DNA from: Octopus sinensis
Taxonomy: Eukaryota
Reading direction: 5' to 3'
DNA length: 64,000 bases
Assembly (NCBI RefSeq): GCF_006345805.1
Contig: NC_043000.1
Location: forward strand, 23,932,001 to 23,996,000
In this document: one piece after another, positions 1 through 10,231 of the stretch
How the letters are laid out: the number at the start of each line of letters is the position of its first letter
How positions within the stretch are numbered: position 1 is the stretch's first letter
Made by a program: the position numbers and the translations under genes
The notes under the pieces: generated by a model
Database searches by the model: none
Told to the model about the DNA's origin: nothing
Seen by the model: only the letters and a program-made list of their open reading frames with translations

Positions 1-1698
1 ATTATACACAGCTGGGTCCAGCAGTAGACCTGAGAACGTTATGTTCAGTATATACTAACAGATAGTAGTCAATGCCAGTTGTTCATTAAATGGCTCATTG
101 CACAGGAATAGAAGAGATTTTTTTTTTTTTTTTTTTTTTTTTGAGAACCAGCATCTATTTCCATCAGATATCCATTAAAATGAAGATCTTTCAAATGCTT
201 ATAATCGATAAGCATTTCCTATGAAAAGGAGATCATTTATGAAAGTATCAAAATGTACAAATGTAGATCAAGCTTGGGTAGCATTCAACTGATTTAATAA
301 GCCAACATTTGAACACTGCAAGGTACAACATCTGGGCTTTTGAAAGAGAGTAGGGGATGATGGGAAAGAGAGAGAGAGAGAAGTTGCAAAATGTATGAAT
401 GAAACAAGTTTTGCTACAGATGTAAAAACTGTACAAAATGTTGGGGGGGTAGGGGAAGGAAAGATGGTGATGAGATCCAGAAGTACAATAAATGTACATT
501 AAAAAAAAAAAGTTCTGTACCATTTAACTAATGTACAGAAACAATTTTTACAATCAAGAAGGTATCAATAATCTATATTCAAAAGAATATAGGAAATGGC
601 CGTTTTCTAGAGATTTTGAAATTTTACATTTTGTTCAATTGGAGCAGTAATTATAATGGAGGAGTGAGAGAAATGGCTGCAGATATAAAGCAGCAACAAG
701 TCAAGCGATACCATTTAACAATAAAAAGTCCAGCCAACCCTGCATCTTTAACTCTGATCAAACAAAACAGCATTTTGCTGTGATGTTTATTCTATAACAA
801 TGCATCATTCAACATTAGATGATTTAGCGACATCACCTATCTTATTGGTGTGATATTGTTCACAGAGTTCAGCCAAGTATTTTTTAGCCAAACATGTTGT
901 AAACAACTATATTCCTTGTAACAAGAGAATATATTGTTGTTAAGAAAGCCACAAAGCAAGTGGAGTTACAGTGCCAACTAGACAGTAGATTTGCAACAGT
1001 GAAATAAAATACATTAAAATGCAATCACCTCTGTTCAAAGTAACAACCAACCGTCAACAATGACATACTCATCAAATTCACTACATAACGTATTTTCTGA
1101 CAAGGCATTTAAATTAGTCAGAAAAACATTATTTGATTAACATTCCTAATTCGTGAAACATTCAACGACCAAGAGAAATTGATATTTCACATAATACGGA
1201 CGCAAATGTATGCATGTTCTTTAATCTTTCAACAAAGAAAACAGACCAGTAACCTAAACTAATTGTGGCTTTTTTTTTTTTTTTCAACTGGTGTTAGGGA
1301 TAAAAAAAAATGTTTCTTTTATTTAATCCATGACGACTAATCCCTGATAAGATTATGAATCCTTCTCTTGAAAAATAATCATCAAGAGAAAAAGGGGATC
1401 TTTTTCTAAGGAAGACCAGATTTTAAAAACCTTATTAAGTTCTTACGCTTTAAAAAAAGTTCATGAATAATGCAATGCAGTAAACACAATCAAAATTTCT
1501 TCCCTTTTCCAAGACATCTGTAAATAGAACTTGCAGTATAGTCTGCAATTTTATTCCAGGTCTCTTTTAAATCTTTTACTTTAGCAGCTCTCCATAAAGA
1601 TAACCAAATCCTTAATTTGTATCTTATTGTCAACATTGCCTACACAAAATAACTTTCTAATTTTAGATTTTCTTACATTACACCAGTCTTTTAGTCTT
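1..1698 (-). other. ARGLU1: Probable ARGLU1 3' UTR and downstream region (end not determined)
   Basis: Follows the stop codon. U-rich on the sense strand, no recognisable repeats. Candidate sense-strand poly(A) signals: AATAAA at ~1550 and ~787, ATTAAA at ~293. Confidence 0.55.
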
Positions 1699-1857
1699 TC
1701 ATTTTCCCAAACTGAACGATAATTTTGGTCGAGCATTTTTCTTATTTAAAATTCTGTCTTGTTCTTGTTTCACCCGTTTCCTTTCCTCCTCTTCCATTCT
1801 CTGTTTCTCTTCCAAAATTTTTCGCTGTTCTTCAACCAGCTTCAACTGCTCTTCAGC
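1699..1857 (-). CDS. ARGLU1: ARGLU1 terminal coding exon 5
   Basis: Acceptor ttcttcattcag|G. Encodes AEEQLKLVEEQRKILEEKQRMEEEERKRVKQEQDRILNKKNARPKLSFSLGK*, including the diagnostic RPKLSFSL C-terminus. Confidence 0.97.
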   Translation of the reverse strand, partial: AEEQLKLVEEQRKILEEKQRMEEEERKRVKQEQDRILNKKNARPKLSFSLGK

Positions 1858-2174
1858 CTGAATGAAGAAGAAAAAGAAACGAAATAAAATAAAAAGAACA
1901 ATGCATATTTCAATGAGAAATATCCTTAACCCTTTCATTACTGTATTTATTTTGAGATGCTCTGTGTTTCTTTCAATTACTTTAAATATAACAAAGAATT
2001 CAGCAAAATAACTTAGTTATCATTCAGCTAGTGTTAGGAACATAAATTGTGACTAAGGTTTGGAGGAAGACTTTAATTCAAAACTTATGAAAACAAGACA
2101 GTTATACTACAGAGCCGGAGGCAGTTTCAGCCAGGTTGGTAACGAAAGGGTTTAGCAATACTCTTACATTATCA

Positions 2175-2965
2175 TTAACCCTTTCGTTACTAACCCGGCC
2201 GAAAAATTTTTTGGTTCAAAGTACCAACCCGGCCGTTAGAACCCATTGTTATTTAAATGTAAATTTGAACCCAAATCTCGTTGGTACATTCGTTAAAGCA
2301 TGTGATTTCACATTGTAAATAGTTAAGTTATAGTATCCGACATTGCTTGAAGTGATATCTCAACTCAGTGAATTTTGGGAGATTTTTTTCCACATGTTTT
2401 TCGGCATCGATTTTTCTTCAACTTTGAAAATGGATAGGAGTTTCATGTTATCAAGCATTGATTCCGTATATTATTTTTTGACCGATTTCTTTAGTTCGGT
2501 CAAACTTACGGTGGATTCCAATATTTCAGTTTATTCCACCTTTATGGTACACCTGTTGTGCATTAAATTCAACTGATGATCTAGTGATGTGCACAATTCT
2601 TCTTTATCAAAATTTTGTTGCATACCCATTTGAATATTAGCTGATGATTCATTTTCTATAGTGATGTTTAAACAAAATTTTTATATTTTTACCTTTTGCT
2701 CAATTTAAAATTTTAATATTTTTACTGTTTGCTCAATTTACCTGGATTTACCTGTAATTAAAGTCACTTTGAGACAAAAGTTATGCAATAGAATTGATTA
2801 AGAACCCTTCCTTTAATTATGTTCCAAATATCACATTAAAATGTTGATAAGTAAAAAAGTTACAGTTATTTAATGAAACAAGCCTAAATTCATGATTATT
2901 TTAGAATTTAATTGAAACTCATGAGGGGTGTATTTTGGTCAGAAATATAGTAACGAAAGGGTTAA
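2175..2965. mobile_element. Non-autonomous piggyBac-type element in ARGLU1 intron 4
   Basis: 14-bp TIRs CCCTTTCGTTACTA/TAGTAACGAAAGGG flanked by TTAA at 2175-2178 and 2962-2965. No transposase ORF. Confidence 0.85.
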
Positions 2966-3830
2966 TTATCCTATGGTTTGCTCTAGTTTAAAAAGTAATT
3001 ATTAAGTTGACTCCTTGACAAAATGTGTAGATATGGATTTTAAAAGTGTGTGTGCAAACAACAACAACACCACACCTCCAACTGTGGGAGAAATACTTCG
3101 ATGTCAGCCTTCACTTGTGTTTTGTAGACTCGGAAGTGAACATATGTTCTGGCCCCGAAGAGAAGGTTCAGGCTATAAGATGTGATCCCAGCAAAAACAT
3201 AAGCCTAATATAGCTAAGACCACATACTCAGAGATAGTAAGGTCTAACATGAGGCTTCTAGTTAAATACTATTCAGAGCATGAATTTTTATTGAATGACA
3301 TTTCAAACAACTTATCACGACAACTGTTTCTTGAGCCAACATTAAATTGAAATTAGCCATCTGTGCATCATACTTAATGTATATACAACAATGAAAGGCA
3401 TGATGCAGTGGACTTTGTCTGTGAAGAAATCTTTTCATAGACATCTTAAGAACACTATATAATAGCAGAGCAAGGCAAACATCATTGCAGCAAGACTCAT
3501 GAGAACATCAGATTCTTGGGAATTGAATATAAACTATGGACATACTTTATTGTCACCTGACATGTAAATCTGTCATGAAGTGATTCAACAATCGTATTAC
3601 ATTTTTAAAGTCACTAAATCATTGCTAATGGAGACTGCATTCTCAAACCTTTTTAACCAGGGCTTAATCAATAGGGTTTCCATTTTCCTAAAATCCATGA
3701 CGCTTCATCAAGGTCATATTTGCGAAACTTATACTCTAGGATATTTCATCTAGTAATATCCAATGTTAATATCATTAAGCAGTTTCTAACTTTGTATTTG
3801 GGCTAGAATTAAAGCCACACTTCTATGTTT

Positions 3831-4078
3831 ATCATCGTTTAATGTCCGCTTTCCATGCTAGCATGGGTTGGACGATTTTGACTGAGGGTTGGCGAACCAG
3901 ATGGCTGCACCAGGCTCCAATCTGATCTGGCAGAGTTTCTACAGCTGGATGCCCTTCCTAACACCAACCACTCTGAGAGTGTAGTGGGTGCTTTTTACGT
4001 GCCACCGGCACGAGGGCCAGTCAGGCGGTACTGGCAACGACCTCGCTCAAATCTTTTTACACATGCCAACGGCACAGG
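3831..4078 (-). mobile_element. (GAT)n-tailed retroposon/SINE, 5'-truncated
   Basis: Family core GTGGTTGG(C/T)GTTAGGAAGGGCATCCAGCTGTAGAAA and 3' end CCAACCCATGCTAGCATGGAAAGCGGAC(G/A)TTAAACGATGAT. At least 15 copies in the window. Confidence 0.85.
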
Positions 4079-4134
4079 AGCCTATTTTACTTAAATAAAA
4101 TCAAGACAAGCAACAATCTAAGACCCCAACTTAC

Positions 4135-4218
4135 CAATTTTCTTTGAGCTTCTTCAATTTTTTTATTGTTTTCTTCCATTATGCGTTCAAGATCCTCTCG
4201 CTTTTTCCGCTCCTCTTC
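4135..4218 (-). CDS. ARGLU1: ARGLU1 coding exon 4
   Basis: Acceptor ctgtctttgtag|G and donor TTG|GTAAGT. 84 nt encoding EEERKKREDLERIMEENNKKIEEAQRKL. Not in the ORF track. Confidence 0.95.
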
Positions 4219-7200
4219 CTACAAAGACAGATAACCATGTTCATACGAAGGTGCATAACAAACAAACTGTATAATACACGAGGAATAAAATAATCAGCTG
4301 TAAGCTATGACACAATAAGTAACAGGCCGTGGATGAGTTCAACGTAGAGCAGCAGGAGTAGCAGTAGCAGCAGCGACAGCAGTAGTACCAGCGGCAGTTA
4401 CACAACCACTATACCCCCCACCACCGCCACCACCACCACCACCACCAGTGGCCATCAGCACAGCTGGGTGAGAACAAAGGTGTTTCAAATTACTGTTGTT
4501 GTTGTCAGCACAGAAAGGCAAGGGATAATAAATATGTTTTTTGATGTTATTTTTTTTAAATTTACAAAAGGCTACACATCACATTAGACAAACATTCAAA
4601 CAACACTCTAGAAAAAAAAATAGTTTAGTCAAATACAGATGACCGAATCAGTCATCTTTTCATTTATAAATATGTTTCTTGATGAAAAAAAACAAAAACA
4701 AAGGAGCTAGATCATTGGTAACAATTGTTTGTGTTTTTAAAAGGCAAGAGGGAGAAGTAAAAAAAAAATAATTGAGAAACAAATTAAGAAAAACACAAGC
4801 GGCAATGTTACAAACCTTTTCACAAGAATCAGCATGAGATCTAACAGCAATTCAACCTCAACATTAATATAAATATTTTCTTTTTATATGTTAGAGTCAT
4901 GAGGGGAAAAAAAGGTCAAAATAAAAAGATACATACCAGTTGGACTTTAAAGAATTTAAAATTAATTATATAAAAAAATGTACATTTTATAATAAACATG
5001 AATTTAGAAAAAAATAAGTATGGAATTAGCATTTTGGTTGAACTTTTATGCATATTCCTAGAGATAAGGAATCGATTAGCCCAACATATTGCATTGTGGG
5101 CAGTAATTTCTACTACACTCCAAGAATAGTTTAAACAAATTGCACGGAGAATTGACAGATAATGTGACGTCATTGATAGAAAAGTATCTTTCTACATACC
5201 CAAGAGTAGGTAGGTACACATCTGTAGCACATGACACGATTATATCCTTCCAGGAATGCTTCCTCTTCAAACTGTTTACTTCACAGCAGCAGCCAGTTGT
5301 CTCATATTTAAACAAAGCCATTAAAATCCCCAACTAGACACCAAATAAACTGTCCACCAGTCAGTGGTAGTAGCAGCAGCAGCAGGTAATAAAGGGCAAG
5401 TAATTATAAGGAGGTGGCCAGCGAAAAATTGACGACGCTTGTATTAACTGTTTCAGCAGTCGATACATAATACAGAAGAAAAGGATTTGGCCAAAGACCC
5501 AAAACAAAATCCCTTTAGGTCTTCTAAAGTGAAAGTGTCAGAAGTGGCATTAACAAAACTTTCCTACAACTACTACAACTACCACTGATTTCTAAAAAAA
5601 AGGGAATTCCTAAGATTGTAAGACTTGGTGCTTTACTTTTATTCTCCTCTCTCAATAATTAACATTCGTTATAAAAGAAATTATACTGATAAATAGATGT
5701 CGTAATTGGCAATGGCTACAATAGAAGTTGCTTTTAGTAATACTAAATGATAATCAGGCAAGCATATGATTATTGCCTTTGTTATAAACCAATATATCAA
5801 AACACAGACATTCCCAGGTTAGTGTAAGAAGGAAGCAATCTGCACACTCTTAGATAAGGGTTCCTGTTACTAAAAAATACTAACACACTATTAAGAGAGA
5901 TTTTGGTCTAAATATCAATCTCTATACAAAACAATTCCTTCATTTTCTTTTAACATTAGTTTGATGGGAAATTAAAGAAACAATGTAAATATAAAATTAA
6001 AAGACAGGAGCAAAAAGAAACTAAAAAGAGAGAAGCAACACTCAACAAACAATATGGAACAGAAATTGGCTGACAAGCTGAAATTTGCAGAGAATTTCCT
6101 AAAACTGTTTGAAAATGGTCAAAACTACATTCATTAAATAACCATCTTGAAAATTGTTTTAGCCCCTTAACATGTAGAGTTTTGAATTGCACACCAAAAC
6201 TTATTCTGAAGTATATAGAAAAAAGAAAAAAAAAAAGAGTGAATGAAAATCTGATAAAGAAATTCCATGTATTTTAAAGTATATTCTAAGTACCAGTGCC
6301 AAGAACTTGCAATGCAATGGAATGGACAATCTGTGAAAAGATGTTATTAATAACGTCAAGAAAAATTCAAAGCTAAATAGAGTAATATTAAACCCTGAAG
6401 TACAAGAGATGAACGCACCATTTAGATCAGAATGGGCAAACAGCAATTTAAGGGAGCAAGGACAGAAGGGAATTATGGCTGTGTAAACTTTACATACTTC
6501 CTCAGCTGTGTGAATATCCAATCTTTTATATCTTTTCAGCAGGAATCCAATGGTATGGTTTATTTTACTGGAAATGCATCACTGAATACTGTAAAAAAAT
6601 GTTCTCATTAGGTCTGACGGCATTAGCAACCTAATGATTGTTCCAGTTAACTTATGCCGATATATGTGTGGCCAAAATATAGCATGTACACATGGGAGCA
6701 GAATTGCTCAATCAATAACAATACTTACAAAGAGATGTCAAGAAACAGCTTTCTGCTTAAAGAAATCTTTCACAAATTGGAAACCTGTTGGATTAAATAA
6801 CCAACTGCCAATAACATTTTCAGCTGGAAACGTACTCAATTTTTGAGTTATGTAAACGAAAATGGAAAATTTCAATTGTTAATTTTAGGATATATATTCA
6901 TCCTTTCAGAATAAAAACTGAAGTTCAAATACATTACAGTTTCCATGCTCTTTTATATTTTCCAGCATGTAACTTATTCTTCATAAAATAAAAAAAGAAA
7001 GCAACAATATAACTGTTTAGCACGTTGTATCAATATTGGTAAGGATGTACAGTTCAGCAGCCAAAAGTCCAATAAATGAGAAGATGGAAAAAAAAAAAAA
7101 AGCCAATGCAAAAGCAGATGGATACAAGACATAAAAACAGTACCATGACATTGCACCTATGACACCATTCAGAAACTATCATTTATCAGAAACTTCAAAT

Positions 7201-9606
7201 GGTTAAGCAAAGCTCTGAGTTTAGTTTGAGTTCTGCAATCCAAAGAGGAAGCAAATTTTAAGAAACCAACATATGTATTGCAACAAATCAAACAATTCCA
7301 GTTTATAAGTTTCCTATCAAATTAAAATAAAAAGAAATTCAAACTCGTTGATTTAAGCCTTAAGGAATTTCTACAATTTCTTTAAGGAAAAAGCTGTCTC
7401 TTGAACAAGATTTTCTACTTGGGAAGAAGATAGAATCTGTATCATTCCAACCATTATTAAAACAAATATTCCTCATTTCACAGAGTAGCACTCAATTATG
7501 TCAGAATAGAGCTACCAATGATAGAAGACTAATGTGAAGCAAAAGTAGTGTAATACATCAGCCATTCAAACTAAAGAGAGACTATCCTCAATTAAATTTA
7601 CAAACAAAATGAAACTTAAAAGATTAAATAAAATAAATGGTCTTCACTGATGCAGATTCTAATTTTGCTGTCAACTAAAAAAAAAAAAAAAGAGCCACTT
7701 GCATACTTACATCAACCATTCATACAAAATAGAGAGAAACAGCTTCAACACCAGAAGATGTACATAACCAGTTTCACAAGTGAAGTAACCAGAAAACTAA
7801 CAAATACAAATAATTAAGACATTAACATAAGTTGATTTAGATAACATAGACTTTGGTTTGAAAAACGTGAGAGAAAATAAGACAAGATCGTTAACTGAGC
7901 CAACTGAAAATTATAATGATGTTATCAATAAAATGCTTGAGGTTTATGAAGAACAAGACTGTTAAATGCTAACAAAAATGTTTGCAATGAAAAAAAAAAA
8001 AAAAGGACAGTAAAAGTGGGAATATTATTGCAAAGTTGAAACAATTTGAATAGGATATGAATCAGGGCTCTGGGCCATATTCACTGCTAAAATAATGTTG
8101 ATAAATTTTGACCAATTCAGCAAAAACCACAAAAAGGAAAATATGCAATCAGTTGTAATTGGTGTTGTTTTAAATTCCATTAAAAGGAGTAAGAATATAT
8201 AAAACAATTTGGAAATCAAAATTTTCTCTTGATTAATTAAAAACTTGAAACTAACTAACAAAAAATCATCCTGAATAGAAAAAGGGAACCAGGATATTAT
8301 ATAAAATATCTATTGAAATCTTTAAGACAGCCTTGAGGAAAGGAACACTGCAACCATCTTATTGGAAGGAATTGAAAAGAAAAACCAACATAGATATTAA
8401 ATATTTTAAGACAAATTTAATGTTATAGAGAGGAAGGGGATAAACTGCCAGTTAAAAGATTCCTTGCCTATTTCCCCTCACATTTTTCATTCCATTTACA
8501 ACTTTACAGAACTAGGCTAGCATTAAATTATAGAGCCAACATTTAATTTGTCAGCCAGAGCCATTTATTTTTCATAAATGACATTTTAAATTATACAGGT
8601 CAATAATTATCATTTCTATTATTGAACTTTCACAGATTGAAGAAGTGGGAGAGAAAAAAAAAAGATAAAAACCATCTATAATACAAGAATTGTGAACAAT
8701 CAAAAACTGTGTGCAAATAAGATACATGTGAAAAGAGATGAGATTTTATTTTAAAAGAAAATTTATTTCTTTTAAATTATGTACATCAAACTCTTTCCAC
8801 TATTGAAAAGAAGTTTATGATTTGTGAATTGGAAATCAAAATGCAATTTAATAATGGCAATACTATTTGTTTTGTAATGTTTACTGTTTCTTTCAAAAGT
8901 ATTCCTACATTGTGTTTTAAAGTTCTGAGAGAATCCTTTTTAGAAAAGATCAAAATACAAATTGCACGTGTGTGTGTGTGTGTGTGTGTGTGGTAAGAAC
9001 TCACACAATATCAACAAGGAAGTACTTTTATTCCTTCTTTAAATTAAACTCTTTGGACACCAAACTGCCTCTAATATAAATCTGTTCATTTTTAAGTTGT
9101 TTATATTTAAAATTGAACCCTCCATGTAGTTTTATGCAGGAGATATAAGTTATAAGAATGTTATACTTATATTTTTACTAAATCCTTCAAATTAATCCAA
9201 AAATTGACAGGCAGTGTATTTTATTAGAAATACGGTAACAAGAGAGTTAGGAACAGAAATGTTCGATAAAACAGTTCACATTCAGGATAGAGATGATTTT
9301 TTTTTTTTTCAGAATAAAGTTTTTAACTATATCAACCTAAAAATGAATTATCATAGGAAGTAGAGAGAAAGAAATATAAGAACTCTTAATTTCTTCCTTG
9401 TAATAAAAACAAAAAAAAAAAAAGACTTTTTTCCTTCCCAATTTAAAATACCTACATGAATTTAGTAAATGTGTTACCAAGTCCTAATCAATTATGGTTT
9501 TGGCATTTTTTAATATAGAATTAGATAATAAGCCTTTCTTTGGGAAAATAATTAACTAATTAACTATTAATTATGAAAATACTGCAATACAGCTGACCTA
9601 ATTTAA

Positions 9607-9659
<53 letters not shown>

Positions 9660-10005
9660 TATATATATACATACACACACACACCATTATAGTTTACTTA
9701 AGTAGATATATAATAGTAAAAAGAAAATTTTAATGGAACTAAAGCCATAACAATTTAAAGTGAAAAGCAATTTACAAGATTACCAAAACACACATAGCTT
9801 CAGGACTTTGACAAGACATTTTAAAACAAAATGTAGCCTAAAGTGATTATCAATTTTAGAATTTAAAAGACAAAAAAAAAAAAAAAAAAATCAATACAAT
9901 AGTTACTGATGTTTTTCTTTAGGGAACTGGAGAGTAAAATATGAAAAGTAAACCAAACTGAGGGGAAAACAGCAAAGAAAAATAAAAGCTGAAACTTTGC
10001 AATAC

Positions 10006-10231
10006 CTCCTTTTGACGTTGTGCTTCAAGTTCAGCTTGGCGTTGTCTTTCTAATTCTTCAAGCATTTGTTTCTCCATTATTCGTTTTGCTTCTTCTACCC
10101 GTCGCATCACCTCAGCTTCAATTTCATCTTTACGTTTCTCAAGCTCTTCATTAACTCTTTTAGCCACAAGCTCTTCTACACGCCTAGCTACTTCCTCTTC
10201 TATCAATTTTTCTTCCAGTTCCTTTTGTTTT
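10006..10231 (-). CDS. ARGLU1: ARGLU1 coding exon 3
   Basis: Acceptor accttcattag|A and a non-consensus donor GAG|GTATTG. 226 nt encoding [75 protein letters not shown], the conserved ARGLU1 coiled-coil core. Confidence 0.97.

Noticed and set aside
118-142. Poly(T) run that reads as poly(A) on the ARGLU1 strand
   Set aside because: It is a genomic homopolymer and a likely internal oligo-dT priming site, not evidence of a transcript end or retrocopy.
4339-4521. 60-aa Gly/Ala-rich ORF (MPFCADNN...GGGG...AAATAT)
   Set aside because: It arises from (GGT)n and (GCT)n tracts inside ARGLU1 intron 3, is out of frame with the gene and resembles no protein. Treated as a possible RNA regulatory element instead.
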